Of a DNA stretch of 64,000 bases, positions 24,040 through 39,108 are shown piece after piece (positions within the stretch are counted from its first letter, which is position 1; every line of letters begins with the position of its first letter). The notes under the pieces are model-generated. The model did not search any database and had not been told where the DNA came from. It was given only the letters and a program-made list of their open reading frames with translations. The DNA is from Octopus vulgaris (Eukaryota): assembly GCA_951406725.2 (NCBI GenBank), contig OX597822.1:63488001-63552000 (forward strand). Direction: 5' to 3'. A program made the translations under genes and the position numbers.

Positions 24040-26093
24040 TATATATATGTATATATGCATATAATTATAAATACACTCACGGACATTTCTAAACGTGCAC
24101 GTTGATATGCATGATTGCGTTAATGTTAAAGTGCACACACACACACACACACACAAATATTTATATATATGCATATTCATATCTGTGTACCGTATCGCAA
24201 GGTGTACGTTCTCAGGTGTAGGTGTATACGTGTGTGTGTATATGTGTGTGTGAGTGAACAAAGCAGATAGCTATATAAAGCCTATGTGTGCAGATAAACG
24301 TGCCAAGTACATGGGTGTGCGTATATGTCTGCGAATGGGTATCTCCAACTCTGAGTGTAGGTGTAAGGACACTCTGGCTGATGGTGAGTGTGTGCGTGTG
24401 TGTGTGCTTATTTGAACACATATGCACTTATGTCTAAAAATGCACAGGCAGTATATGCTAGGAAATATTACTTACTATTATGCATACGAATTCCCTGTGT
24501 GTGAATACACACACACAATAGTATGTAAATGTCTTGTGTATCCATTATTTTACTTCGGATTTTCTTTGTATTTGATATAGCGTGTTTGCAGATATGTTTG
24601 TGCTGTATACCTGTGTATAAATTTCTTTTACATGCACAAATAATACACACACACATTCTTTCTTTCTTTCTCTCTCTGTCTCTTTTATGCACAGACAATT
24701 TTTTGCGAAGTCTTTTAATTTGCTCATCGTTTGATCAAGCCCCGAGACAGTCACACACACACACACACATATGTAAACATGCACACATACATGTATACTT
24801 AGATGCACACACGTATATACAGTATGCTTAAACACACACACACACACACACAGACGCATGCAGGTACGGTTACACGTATTTAGCTGTAAAGCTATGTGGC
24901 TCAAAACACCGAGTTGCATTATCAAAGACATTTTTAAGTATAAAATATATTGAAGACTATATGTGTTTGTTCATATATGTATATATATATACAGGTTTGA
25001 TGATGCAAAAAGAAAAATATAACTAAAAACATGAGTGTGTATATGTGATTATATATATATATATATTGTGTGTGTGCAAATGTACAGTAGGTAGAGTGTT
25101 AGGTTGTTAGGTAAAACACCTTGTGGTATTTGGTTGCGTCCCTTTATGTTGTGAGTTCATATCTCGTCATAGCTTTTCCCTTCCAAGGACAATAAAATAT
25201 GTAGCAGAAAGACGAAGTACTGGTTCTCATCAACTAGACCACAGAAGGCGGAGATAAGCAAAGCGACACATACATATTGTCTGTGTGTCTATGCATGCAT
25301 GCATGTGTATCTGTGTGCGTATGCATTTATTGTGTATTTTATGTACGGGTGTGTGTGTATATGTGCGTAGTTGTGTGTGAGCGTGCGAATATATAAATGT
25401 GTGAATGTATATTTTGGCATTTCGCTTTGGTAAAGCGATGCTGTGTGTGTATGTGTTCGTGCGTGTATATGTGTGCATGTAAGTGAATCTCCTCTCTCCC
25501 ACCCCTTCTCTCTCTGTCTATATTTATATATGTATATATATATATATATGCATATGTGCGTATATGATGTTTATGTATGTATGAGTATGCGTTTGAGTAT
25601 GTATCTTATACAGGTGCATTTATCAATATGTATGTATGTATATACATGTATTTAGGAATATTTTACGCATCTGTCTATGCGTATGTATACGCTCGGGTCC
25701 ATACGTATATTCATGTGCATAGACATGCGTCCGTGATTTTGTATACACCTCTCTATATGTCCATATATACATATACATTGGTGTTTCTGTGTGCGTATAT
25801 ACATTTGTGCATGTAGATTTTTTTTGTGTATTTGTATGTGCATCCATGCGTGTGGGTGTGCACGCATTCATGTGTGTGCATATATTAGTGTATTTACGTG
25901 AGTGTACGATTGCATTGTGCACGGATATTCACATGCACGCGCTCGGTTGCACACGTGCATGCATATGTACGTATGTGTGCGCATATGTACACACACATAT
26001 ATATGTATGTGTATATATTTGTATGTATATACATGTGTGCGTGCGTGTGTGTGTGTATATATACATACACACACACACATATGTATATATATA

Positions 26094-26163
<70 letters not shown>

Positions 26164-26170
26164 GTATATA
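23650..26170. repeat. Degenerate (TG)/(TA)/(CA) low-complexity field
   Basis: Direct inspection. Source of the VCVC/IYIY/HTHT pseudo-ORFs. Confidence 0.9.
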
Positions 26171-27465
26171 TAGTGGCATTAATTAGTGTTGCTATATAGT
26201 AAATAGCACATTGTTACATTAAATGCTTCCTGAATTACTAAAATTATTTTCACTTTGTGGGGAAGTAAACAAACACCTGATGTCATATGCAATCAATTTC
26301 AAAAGAATAGGGGAGATAATCTGAAATCGTAAACAAGTATCCTTGATTAACATGCCGTTAAAGAAAGGACAGTCTGTCTGTCCTTTCTAGAGCAGAGGAC
26401 AGATGTGAACATGTCATTGTGCTTCATTGTTATAAAGACAGCTGTGTCTTACCTTCACTCCAGGGAAATATAAGTTGTAACCTTATACAGAAAAGAGAGA
26501 CCGTGTGTGTGTGTGTGCATGCGAATATGGATGCACACACACACACACACACACATCTTTTTATCTATCTTTTATCTCTTGTTTCAGTCACTAGATTGTG
26601 GCCATACTGGAGCACTCCCTTGATGGATATTTTAGTTGAATGAATCGACCCCACCCCCACCCCGCCCAGTACATAACAATTTTTGAAAGCCTGGCACTTA
26701 CTCTATTAATGTGTTTCGCTGGACCACTAAGTGATGAGGGACATAAACACACCAACACTGGTTGTCAAGCAGTAAGAGGGGGGTGTGACAAACACAGAGG
26801 TGAAGACACACAGACCTATATATGAAAGGCTTCTTTCAGTTTCCTTCTACCAAATCCACTCACCAGGCTTTGGTTGATTTGAGACTATGGTAGAAGACAC
26901 TTGCTCAAGGTGTCACGCAGTAGGACTGAACCCCGAACCATGTGATTGGGAAGCAAACCTCTTACCACACAGCCACACCTGTACTTATAGTCATACCTGT
27001 GCCTGTATGTATATAAAACCTGATAGAAAGGCTGGTTGGTTGATTTCTTTAGTCATGCTTTACATTGTATGAAGAGAAAGAGAGAGTAAAAGAGAGATAC
27101 AGAGAAAGTTGATATAAGAGGTGCAGGATGAGTGCACATACTAGGCTTGGTGGCAGGAAATGTGTAAAGGAGTGCCACACACACATACACACAGTGAAAG
27201 GGAATGAATCATTGGGTGGGAAGAAAAGAGGGACTAAAGGGTAGAATAATTTTAACAATTATTCAAATGAGAAATTTTATTTTAATTTTAAGTTATAAAT
27301 TTTTTTTTTTTTTAAATATTTATTCATTTCGTCATTTTCTATTAGCCCAGGAAGTTTGATAAAAGTTTATGATTATTGTAAATACCTGCCATATTTCCTG
27401 CTATTACCCATGGTTGCTAAAGTATACTTCCAAACTTACCTGTCATATGACAGCTAATACTCTAA

Positions 27466-27685
27466 CCCTTTAGTGTTCTGATTATTCTATCAAACATAAT
27501 GCCTATTGATTCACATTGATTTTGAATTAACCATGCATCATCTCATATCTTCAAGATCTTGATGGTGTAATTACTTAATGTAGAATAACATTGTAGGGTA
27601 GGTGTGAGAGCCTGGATCTGGTCAGTTTCAACATAAAACAGATTAAATATTTTGGCCAGATATGGCCGGTTTAAATACTAAAGGG
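27466..27685. mobile_element. piggyBac-type MITE (decayed TTAA, ccctttag TIR)
   Basis: ctaa|ccctttagtgtt ... aatactaaaggg|ctaa. A 5' half-copy lies at 53380-53482. Confidence 0.65.
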
Positions 27686-27893
27686 CTAAAGCTTATATCA
27701 TCATCATCATCATTTAAGGTCTGCCTTCTATGCTGGTATGGGTGAGACAGTTTGACAGGTGCCGGCCAGGCAGAAGCCTGCATCAGACTACTGTGTCTGT
27801 TTTGGCACGATTTTTACAGCTGGATACCCTTCTTAACACCGATCACCCAGCAGAGTGGACTGAGTGCTTTTTACATGGTACAAGCACAGCTGG

Positions 27894-27938
<45 letters not shown>

Positions 27939-28219
27939 TCTACCCCCACTCTTATACCGTTCTGATTTTCCACCAACCCCACTTACCGGCATAGAATTAT
28001 TCAGACCTGATTTCCGCCTATGTTATTAACTAATGTTTAATTTCCCTGATTTTTTTGCCCCTTGATGTCTGCCATCCGCCAATACAATATACAATTTGCA
28101 ACACAAACGTTCCTTAATAGCATAAAACTCTCCCAATTTATCGCCAAATCACAACAAATTTACTGCCCAAACAATTTTGTGATACTTGAGTAGCATTTAT
28201 AAACACATATATATATATA

Positions 28220-28405
28220 GTTAATCCAAACAAGAAAGCACAAAAAAACACAACGCGAGGACGTGGAACAAATATAGTATTATTGGACGTTCAGGAATGA
28301 AGGAAAGAAGGAGGGTTTAACGTTTCGAGCAGAGCTCTTCGTTGGAAACATAGGAGAAGGGAAGACAGAGGAAAAAAAATCGCCAACGGTACACACACGG
28401 TCACA
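28220..28405 (-). mobile_element. Penelope-like short repeat flanked by TA tracts, hammerhead motif at 28315-28349
   Basis: Near-identical to 15635-15812. Minus strand gttt-ccaacga-a-gagc-tct-gctc-gaaa-cg-tt-aaac. Confidence 0.75.
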
Positions 28406-29638
28406 TATATGTATATACACATGTGTATACACGCTGTATATACACACACGCACATACACGCTGGGCTTCTTTTTAAGCTTTTGTTTACCAAATTCACTCC
28501 AAACATGTTGCTGTCTGGGTCTACAGTTGAAGACACCCAAGAAGCCAAACCTGAAATTGAGGTTGCAAAGCAAATTTCTTCACCTCAACTCAAGGCCACG
28601 CCAGTGCCTATATGTATGTATATAATATGTGTGTGTGATCACTATTTAACATCCATTTTCCATGCTGGCATAGGCTGGATGGTTTGACAGCAGCTGACCT
28701 GCTGCACCAGGCTTCAATCGTTTGTTTTGGTATGGTTTCTATAAATGATGCCCTTCCTAATACCAGCCATTACAATTATCAATGATATAATAGGAAATAA
28801 TACAGGAATATTTAATGCTTAAACCAGCCTGTATATAGCTTGACTTACCCGAGGATTGAACTCGTACTTCCTAGCTAACCTGGTGCACTTAACATGTAAA
28901 CAACACTGATATGCATTGTTCTATTGTATCTCAAGACAATAGATGAATACATCACCGTTATGTCTGACAATTGAACAGATGAATGTGTGATGCATTATCT
29001 AATGCTTTCTTGTCAACCAATCAAATCTCGCTGACTAATCATATGTTGATGTATTTATGAATATTTTTTCTTATATATTGTTATGCTGCTTCCTTTCATC
29101 AAATGTTTGAATAATTTGTAACATAAAATTCAGTGTAACAATTCAAGCTGCTTCTCATAAAATATACAAACTCTATTTTATGTATTGATGTATAGACTAC
29201 TTTTTTCCCCTTCATTTGTAAACATTCATGCATATAAAATAAATATGTTTTTGTGTTTTGTTTTTTTCTCTTGGCTGGAATGCAGACATGCTGGGTACTG
29301 CATTTGAAGGTTTAGTTCAGCTGTTCACAACTTGGATCTATATGACCCCTGGGGGTCCATATAAGAGTTTTGGGATTCTTATAAGCAAATTAAGTAAATT
29401 GGGCTCACAGGATTATTTGAACGGTCCATGAAAATATTTTGCTGTAGATGTATTCATTGCAAGAAACAGCTAGGGTTTTCTCTCTAACGTTTCACATAGT
29501 TCAATCTACACAAATGAATGTGTGATGAACAAAATAGTAATTTTGAAAGAAGTATCTATAGAATTAATTTTTAAACATCGAATGGCTAGGGTGGGGAGGG
29601 ATCCACCAGAATAAAATAGTAATCAAAGGGGTCCTTAA

Positions 29639-29853
29639 CCCTTACGTTACCAACCCGGCTGAAACTGGCTCTGGCTCTGAGTACAAATGTCTTGTTTTCA
29701 TAAGTTTTGAATTTAAATCTTCCATCAAACCTTAGTCACAATTTATGTTCCTAGCTTAATGATAACTAAGTTACTTTACTAAATTCTTTGTTATATTTAA
29801 AATTAATTGAAAGAAACACAGAGCATCTCAAAATAAATGCAGTAACGAAAGGG
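29639..29853. mobile_element. piggyBac-type MITE with TTAA TSD, inserted in a hAT-like MITE (about 29318-29880)
   Basis: TTAA|cccttacgttac ... gtaacgaaaggg|TTAA. Confidence 0.9.
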
Positions 29854-30828
29854 TTAAGTAAAAAATAGTTGAGAATGACTAGTTTAGCTGAACAGATGGA
29901 TTCAAGTACTTCTTTTATTTTATTTCTTTATGGAGTGTGTTACATATTCTATTAGTAGCTATTGGTTAACTTCCAACTTACCGGAACAATAAACCACCAC
30001 CTGTTGTCAATGGTGGTGGGGAGAACAAGCTCAAAGGCACTCCCACACATACAATGGGCATCCATACAGTTTCCCCTCTACCAAATTCACTTGCAGGGCA
30101 TTGATCTAGTGACTGTATAGTAAATGACACTTATCTAAGATACTGTGCAGTGGGAATTGAACCCAAAACCACTTTGTTGCAAAGCAAGTTTCATAACTAC
30201 ACACCCAGGATATACTCTTTACTCTCTCTTTTACTTGTTTCAGTCATTTGACTGTGGCCATGCTGGAGCACCGCCTCAGGGTCGTACTTAATTTATCGGC
30301 CCTGAAAGGAAAAGTCGACCTTGGCGGAATTTGAACTCAGAACATATCTGCAGACAAAATACCGCTAAGCATTTCATCCGGCGTGCTAACGATTCTGTCT
30401 GCTCACTGCCTTAGGATTGTTGTAAATGAGCGTCACTGTCATACAAGTGATGTCTTTCATTTCTGTTCCTCCATGAAAGCATCTGGTCATGGCTTGCTTG
30501 GAAATAAGTGAGGGTTAGCAACAGGAAGGGTATCCAGTTGCAGAAAATCTGTGTCGACAGCTCCAGCTGACATATGCAAGCAATGATGACGTTGTTGATA
30601 TAGCATTGTCATAGTCTCTTTAAAGCTTACATCCAGCAAGCAGTTGATAAAATATATGCCATCAGACAGTTTATAACGAAAGATATCAGCTAAGATTCTC
30701 TATAAAACATTCTCTTCTGATAAACCATTGTATAAACCATGTATTGCAGGACAAAAGATTCCGGACAAGTTAATATGGCTTTGAATTCCAGTTGTTACCA
30801 TCTTTTTAGTTCACCTATATTACTAATA

Positions 30829-31205
30829 CTCTTTTACTTGTCTCAATCATTTGACTGTGGCCATGCTGGAACACCGCCTTTAGTCGGGCAAATCGACCCC
30901 AGGACTTATTCTTTGTTAGCCTAGTAGTTATTCTATCAGTCTCTTTTGCCGAACTGCTAAGTTACGGGGACGTAAAGACACCAGCATCAGTTGTCAAGTG
31001 ATGTTGGGGGGGACAAACACAGGCACACATACACATATATACGATGGGCTTCTTTCAGTTTCTGTCTACCAAATCCACCCACAAGGCTTTGGTCGGCCCA
31101 AAGCTATAGTAGAAGACACTTGCCCAAGTTGCCACACAGTGGGACTGAACCCAGAACCATGTGGTTGGTAAGCAAGCTACTTACTACACAGCCATTCTTG
31201 CGCCT
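30829..31205 (-). mobile_element. SINE family A
   Basis: Full-length match. Confidence 0.88.
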
Positions 31206-31373
31206 AATTTTCACATATATTATTTATTTTGTCTGTTCTTGTTTGTTCCCTCTATGTTTAGCCCCCTGTGGGCAATAAAGAAATATATACTACTAATGCC
31301 ATTTAGAAAGGCTTGTTTCTCTTCCTATATATGACTGAAATTTAGTGCACACCATCAGAAGCCAGTATGTTAA

Positions 31374-31594
31374 CCCTTTTGTTACCAACTCAGCTGAAAC
31401 CAGCTCTGGTTCTGAGTACAAATGTCTTGTTTTCATAAGTTTTGAATTTAAATCTTCCACCAAACTTTAGTCACAATTTATTTTCCTGACACTAGCTGAA
31501 TGATAACTAAGTTATTTTACTAAATTCTTTGTTATATTTAAAATTAATTGAAAGAAACACAGAACATCTCAAAATAAATACAGTTACGAAAGGG
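31374..31594. mobile_element. Second copy of the TTAA MITE
   Basis: TTAA|ccttttgttac ... gttacgaaaggg|TTAA. Body is near-identical to 29639-29853. Confidence 0.9.
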
Positions 31595-33544
31595 TTAAAG
31601 ATCTACTGTCTTCGTCTCTGTCTGTTTGTCTCTGTTTGTGATCTACTGGTTCTTAATTATTCTTAGACAGCGTTCATTCTCCTAAAAGCTAAACTAGGCA
31701 CCTGATCCCTCACCCAGCTATTAATTCAAAATCTAATCTATCCATCATCTGTCTAACTAGCCTGTTAGATTAACGATATCTATAATGTCAGTTTGCAGTT
31801 TTTTTAATATTATTTTGTAATAATGTTGGAAACAGAGAATTATTAATTTTTTTCTTTGATCTTTTTCTTTTAATAAGCAAAAGAAAAACAAAAGACAAGA
31901 TATTCCTTCCACTTCTTTCATCCTTCCCTCCGTGGAAACATGTACCCTCGTTGAAAGGACAGAGGTTAAACGTTGGTTGTTAGACATGCTAGAAACAGCA
32001 GCAAAATCTCATTCAGATCACATCACCTTGCCTTAAATAAAGGATACATTGAACAATGTTGTCTAGGGGAACCATGTACTATCTTTTATTTTTTACTTGT
32101 TTCACTCATTGGACTGCAGCCATGTAGGGGCAGTATGTTAATGGGTTCTGATACTTATTCTACTGGTCTCTTTTGATGAACTGCTAAGTTATCGAGATGT
32201 AAACAAACCAACATTCGTTGTCAAATGGTGGTGGGGGAGACATAGCCACACACACACACACACACACACGTAAGGCTTCCACACAGTTTCCATCTACCAA
32301 ATTCACCGACAAGGCATTGGTGCCACTCAGTGGAGCTGAACCCAAAACCATGAAGTTACAAAGCAAGCTTTTTATTAATATCGAGGAAAAATAAAAGACT
32401 GGATGGTCACAGCTGGAATGTCTTTTATCATAGATCTGCTCAGTAAAGGATGCACTGCAGTTGCTGCATTATAAGTAATGTTCAACAACAAATAACAAAA
32501 AAGAGTGGGGGAAGCAAATTGCTATATGTTTTAGTGCCTCCATGTTTTAAAATCGTCTGCTCTCTTTTTTTATTCACTTTGTTTTCTTCGCTGCTAACCT
32601 CAATTGTTCAACTTTGATGCGTTGGGTAAAAAGATGTTGTTGGCTCAGGGATTTACGATGTGATTATTTTTAATGAATTTTCGTTCGTTCTTTTTTCTTT
32701 CTCTCTTTCTTTTTACTGTTCTTCTTTCTCTTTCTCCCTCTTTCTTTTTACTGTTCTTCTTTCTCTTCTTTCTCCCTCTTTTCTTTTTCTCTTTCTTTCT
32801 GTTTTTTTTTTTCTGTTGTCGTTACCGACGAATTTTAACAGCGACGGATCTAGTAACAGAAAGAAAACAACAAGATGTTAGAAAAAGTCCTAACAAACAA
32901 GATTTAGTTAGTATAATAATTTCCGCTCTTTGCGAAGTATTATAACGTTGCTGTGGTGGTGGTGATGGTGGTAGTGATGGAGAGGAGTGGTTTTTGAGAA
33001 GAAAGGTGTGGAAGTGTTACAGAGGTGTTCCTGGTGATTATTGTAGGAAGTAATAAAGCCGATATAGCCCTTCCTCTTTTCACTGCGTATGACTGACAGA
33101 GACCTCCTTGTTGGCCCGTCATTCTTGTTTAACCCTCGGTCAGCAATAATCCTGCAGACCTATGATGAAAAGCGTTCCAGCTGTAACCAAACCATTCTGT
33201 TTATTTTATTTACTTATTTATCGAACACAGTGTTTTTCTGGGATTACATTATCCATTCTTCCACCAGTTTCTTTTTATATTAGCCGATTGGAATAGTGCG
33301 ATTTGAGGTGATATTTGGCTGCTGTATCTAGCAGATAGAGCGACCGTGAAGATAAATTTCACTTATTGCTATTAACATTCGTTCGTTCGCCTGGTAAAAG
33401 TCTTGGACTCGATTTATTCTTAAAGATACTTTTAAGCAATTTAACTATCCTACCCTGTAAGAGAGCATATCGACCTATTTTGTCAAATCAATAATCGAAA
33501 ACGATTTTAAAAAGTGAGAAAAAAGATTTTTTAAAATTATCAAA

Positions 33545-33930
33545 GGCGCAGGAGTGGCTGTGAGGTAAGTAGCTTGCTTACCAACCACATGGTTCTGGGT
33601 TCAGTCCCACTGCGTGGCACCTTGGGCAAGTGTCTTCTACTATAGCCTCGGGCCGACCAAAGCCTTGTGAGTGGATTTGGTAGACGGAAACTGAAAGAAG
33701 CCCGTCGTATATATGTATATGTGCATGTGTGTGTATATGTTTGTGTCTGGTGTTTGTCCCTCCAACATTGCTTGACAACCGATGCTGGTGTGTTTACGTC
33801 CCCGTAACTTAGCGGTTCGGCAAAATAGACCGATAGAAATAAGTATTAGGCTTACAAAGAATAAGTCAAGGCGATGCTCCAGCATGGCCGCAGTCAAATG
33901 ACTGAAACAAGTAAAAGAGTAAAAAGAGAG
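33545..33930 (+). mobile_element. SINE family A, near-consensus (resembles octopus CORE-type tRNA SINEs)
   Basis: ggcgcaggagtggctgtg..gg (A box), gggttcagtcc (B box), accttgggcaagt (CORE-like), tail gtaaaagagtaaaaagag. Confidence 0.9.
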
Positions 33931-33984
33931 AATAAAAGAGTATTTGATACTTTTTTGTGGGATTTTTTGTTTGTTTTCCATTAA

Positions 33985-34378
33985 ATATTCTTTTCTACTC
34001 TAGGGACAAGGCTCGAAATTTTGGGAAGGGGCCCGTCGATCGACATCAGTCCACAATTGGTACTTAATTTATCGACCCCGAAAGGATGAAAGGCAAAGTC
34101 AACCTCGGCAGAATTTGAACTCAGAACGTTAAGACAGACGAAATACCTATTTCTTTATTACCCACAAGGGTCTAAACACAGAGGACAAACAATGACAGAC
34201 AAACTGATTAAGTCGATTATATCAACCCCAGTGCGTAACTGGTACTTATTTAATCGACCTCCGAAAGGATGAAAGGCAAAGTCGACCTCGGCGGAATTTG
34301 AAACCAGAACGTAGCGGCAGACGAAATACTGCTAAGCATTTCGCCCGGCGTGCTAACGTTTCTGCCAGCTCGCCGCCT
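33985..34378 (-). mobile_element. Dimeric family B SINE (head, long body, second headless body)
   Basis: Junction gaaatacctatttc at 34140-34153. Confidence 0.85.
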
Positions 34379-34740
34379 TATTTGTGTTAAATATTGCATT
34401 ATGACTTATTGTAATCATTATTCATGAACAATGGCGAGCTGGCTGAATCGTTAGTTAGACTGTCAGACGAAATGCTCAGCGGCATTTCCCCCCGTCTTTA
34501 CATACTGAGTTCAAATGCCGCCGAGGTCGACTTTGCCTTTCATCCTTTCGGAAATCGATGAAACAACTACCAGTTAAGTATTGAGATCGATGTAATCGAC
34601 TAGCCCCCTCTTCTCAAAATATCAGACTTTGTGCCTCTAATATAAAGGATCATTCATGAACAGTTGACATTTTATGAGATGTTTCGAAAATTTTGTCTTC
34701 GGAGATCGTTTCGGAATTATATACAGTCATAGCGATACAT

Positions 34741-35052
34741 GTGGAGGCGCAATGGCCCAGTGGTTAGGGCAGCAGACTCGCGGTTTCGATTCCCAGACCG
34801 GGCGTTGTGTGTATTTATTGAGCGAAAACACCTAAAAGCACCACGAGGCTCCGGCAGTGGGAGGTGGTGGCGACCCCTGTTGTACTCTTTCGCCCCAACT
34901 TTCTCTCACTCTCTCTTCCTGTTTCTTGAGTAACGCCGCGATGGACTGGCGTCCCGTCCAGCTGGAGGGAACACATACGTCACAGAAACCGGGAAACCAA
35001 ACCGGGCCCACGAGCCTGGGCTAGGCTTGAAAAGGGCGACGTTTATCGTTTT
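34741..35052 (+). mobile_element. SINE family C with 12-bp TSD
   Basis: tggcccagtggttag (A box), ggtttcgattcc (B box). TSD atagcgatacat at 34729-34740 and 35053-35064. Confidence 0.9.
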
Positions 35053-35496
35053 ATAGCGATACATAGACTGTGTGTACCTCTGGTTCTACACAGTGACTGG
35101 ACTCTCTTAGCATCCAAGTCAGATCTTTTCAATGATTATGAAATCAATTTGAACAGAAATGGAAGAGGTTGAAAATTGGCAGCCAAACAGAAAAGAACCG
35201 CCAAATCTCGTCTTAAAAAAGGAAAGGCATAGTAGGTAATATAGCCCTATATCTAGGAAAAGAAAGAAGAAATCGGGATGGTTACGATTGAAATGTCATT
35301 GATCGTAGGCCAGGATTGACCTTGGGCTAAATAACAGCCGGTGGTTGTTTTGTTAACCATTTCCGCTGATGTTTAATACATTTATGTACCGGATTTAAAC
35401 TCATCCTATCCTCCCTCCCTTCCTCCCACGAAAATTTTCATAAGCCATTTTGTGTGTTGATGTTTAACCTTTGACTCTCCTGACTCATTTTGCAGG

Positions 35497-35508
35497 TATA
35501 AATATAGG
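35497..35508 (+). CDS. Candidate 12-nt microexon (phase 1-1)
   Basis: ctgac branch-like motif, ttttgcag|GTATAAATATAG|gtagga. It would add GINI after MKPEP. Confidence 0.15.
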
Positions 35509-35797
35509 TAGGACTACGCTATCTGATGTTTCCATTTTTATGGCTTAGTCAAAGGCGGAAGAGAGGTGCCTGCGATAATTTTTCTGGGCATCCATGACAG
35601 ATGAGAGGACAGGAGGATGTATTTATTCCTTAGACTGGAAACCCGATTCGACTGGACTTCGCCAAAGGCACTCGAGAACCAATTGTTAAGGCAAGCAACA
35701 GATTACAACAGTAGTGTGATTTGAGGGACGTTTTGGTTGCCATTTCTAGCAGTCAGAGCGACCGTATCATATTTCCTCATTTTAAAATAATATATAT

Positions 35798-35954
35798 AGG
35801 TGTGGGTGTGTGGTAAGAAGCTTGCTTCCCAACATGCCGTCCCGTGTTCAGTCTCACTGCGTAGCATTTTGGGTGAGTGTCTTCTACTATAGCCGCAGGC
35901 CGACCAAATTATTGTGAATGGATTTGGTGGACGGAAACTGTAAGAAACCTGTCA

Positions 35955-36024
<70 letters not shown>

Positions 36025-36120
36025 ATCTATCTATCTATCTTATCTATCTATCTTATCTATCTATCTTATCTATCTATCTTATCTATCTATCTAATCTATC
36101 TATCTATCTATCTAATCTAT

Positions 36121-36200
<80 letters not shown>

Positions 36201-36395
36201 GAGTAGAGGTTCGTTCCCCTCCACCGCTTGATGCTGGTTAGTTTACGCACCCGTAACTTAGCGGTTCAGCAAAAGACTGATAGGATAAGTACCAGGCTTT
36301 TAAAAATAAGTACTGGAGTTGTTTCGTTTTACTAAAACCTTTCAAGACGGTGTCTCCAGCATGGCGGCCGCAGTCCAATGACTGAAACAAGTAGA
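35798..36395 (+). mobile_element. SINE family A with a ~245-bp (TATC)n/(TGTC)n expansion in its internal microsatellite
   Basis: The head and tail halves flank the array at 35955-36200. Confidence 0.8.
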
Positions 36396-39108
36396 GATAT
36401 ACAGGGTGGTGAATTTGCAAAATCGTCAGAGCTGTCGGATAAAATAATGTCTTGTGGTAGTTAGTTAATGGCTCTAAGTTCTGAGCTTCAAACCTTGTTG
36501 TGGTGAACTTTTGCTTCTGTCTTTTCGAGCTCGATAAAATACAGTAACATTGAAGTTTTGGAAGTACAGTGAAGTTTAATCGACCGTACCCACTCTAACG
36601 CCACTAAAATTTGGGATTTTGTGCCTCTTTTAAAAATCAATAGACAGATATTTTTGAACGAGCGCGTGTTGAGAAGATAAGAGATTTTTATTGAATATTC
36701 ATTCATTTAAGAATTTAATTATCAATTAAAATTTGTATCATTTGAATTTAAAACGCACACACACACACAAACTTACACACGCGCACGCGAGTTATTACAC
36801 AGACTTGCAGAAAAGGTAAAGAGAAAGTAGTAAAAGTGAGAGAGTGAAAGACGGCAGAGAGAGAGAGAGAGAGAGAGAAAGAAAAAGACGTCAAAGAGAG
36901 AGAGTGTGTGGAAGTGTGTGTGTGGGGAGAGAGAAAGAGAGCAAAGAGAGAGAATAGAAGTGTGTGTGTGTGAGAGAGAGAGAAAGAGATAGAAAGAGGG
37001 CATGGTGAGAGAGAGAGAGAGAAAGATAGTTTTAATGAACACATAATGTCCTCTTGGTATCAATTCGTCTTTGGTTTTCGTTCAGTAAATTCACTGAGAA
37101 TCTTTCTGTCTGTTTCTGTGCGTCTCCTTTTTTACTCTCTTGTATATAATAACACCACATTCTCATCTTTCTTTCACCTCAGTCACTCCTAGAACATTCG
37201 TAGTAGATAAAAGGGTCTTTCTTGGTGTCAAATAAGTTAACCTTTATATATTTCATGAGTTAATCCAAAGGAAGAAGGCGGCGGCGGTGGTGGGGGAGAA
37301 CACAGTTTTATCTAATATATATATATATATATACACACACACACGCACAACTCATACACTCCTCCTTAACTGTCGTACAGTGGTATAGATAACCGAGTGA
37401 AGTTTTAGTGTTGTTAAATGTTCAGATTGTTCTGCTTCGCGTTTAGGGACTTCCAGAGGTGTTGTGCAGGGTTAGGGTGGTTGGGTAGAGATTAGCAGAG
37501 GGTTTTTTTAAATAGTATTATTGAGTGGGGAGTGAAAATACTGTGGATGATGATGATGATGACGGTAGGAAGGGATATGGAAAGCCTGTTACAGACGAAA
37601 AGCAATCCAACCAACATCTGACTCTTTATAAATGTAGAGGAAAAGTCTGTGCAGTGTGGAAAAGTCGTCTGGCACTTCATAGCGTTGGCTTTATTGATCC
37701 GTCTCTCCTCCTCGCTCTCTGCCTTCTACACCCCTCCTCCTCTGCTTCTCTCTCTCTCTCTCTCTCTGCTTAGCAAAGTCACGCAAACTTCTATGAAAGG
37801 ATCACTCCAGGGAGGCGAATATTGCATTCGATTTGAATGATTATGGCTAGGGGTGATGGTGAATGGGTGCACCTTCTTCTCGATAACGAGAGCAGACGTA
37901 TCGATATATACTCTAAGCCTATCTTTCTTTTAACTCTTCCCCTCCTATGTACCTCTCATCATTCCTCGCGTGCTTCTACGTGGTCGCTTGTCCTACTAGA
38001 AATAATCGCCAAATCTTCCTCGAATCACTACCTAAACAGTCTTTAAAAAAGAAAAAAAAAAAGAAAAGAAAAAAAGACATTGAATAATGGTCATTTTAAG
38101 ACAGTCTTTCGGTATTAGTAGACGACGTCATTCACTCACACAACGTTCCCTCATGACATAAAGAGGCAAGGCTGAAAAAGATGAAATATTTCCTATAAGT
38201 CTGCTTGGTCAGAGCTAGCCTGGTGCTTAAACCAAAATACCAGTCCCCTTTATTTTAAAATTTATTGTTGTGGAATCCAGCAGAATTTCCCAGGTCTGAG
38301 GGATCAGCGGGGTCGAATGACGTTGGGAGATATAATTTCTCTGAATAACACAGGTATTTCAATCATTTGAAAGTGCTTTGTATTCGTGGACACCACAATT
38401 ACGAATACATAATGCTTGAGATGAAACAATTTATGATGGATGGACAAAATATAAGTCTTAAATCCATACATAGCCTACTACCATGCTTCTAATTCCCACT
38501 ACTACCACAGACAGCCGCTTTATCAAACTCCTTCCTCAGCAGCCTTCTATATATGTCTAACTATCGAAACAGACGTGCCTATGCATTTAAACAAAAATAA
38601 GTACTTATTTTCTGCACACTTTTCAACGCGTCTGTTTTATCTCGCCATGCTACTTCTATCAGTAAAGATTATTTAAATAATTAACAATTAAAGAAAACTT
38701 AATGGTTGCTTTCTTATATACATTCAAGTGGTTCTCCAGTTCCCTCCCCCCCTTTCTCTCCCTCTCTCTCTTTCTCCTTCTGTCTCTCTTGAGTCTATCT
38801 CGCCTGCTACTCTTTTTAGTCTGTCTCGTCCACTTCTCTTTTTAGTCTGTCTACCAACCTCCATCTCACACTCCTGCTCCTTCTAACGTTTCTCTCAGTC
38901 TATCGCTTCCCCTTCTGTCTCTCAGTTGCTTTATTTACGCACAGAAACCTGGATATATCTTCTAAAATATTTTTATACTTACCAATATATTTCGTTGGCA
39001 ACTTTCTTTGCATGCTTTACATATACGGTTTTTTAAAAAAAACTAACGATGTTGTCATCAATCAGTGGGTAAGGGTATAAAGGTAACAGTTTTCTGTTTC
39101 TTAAACAG

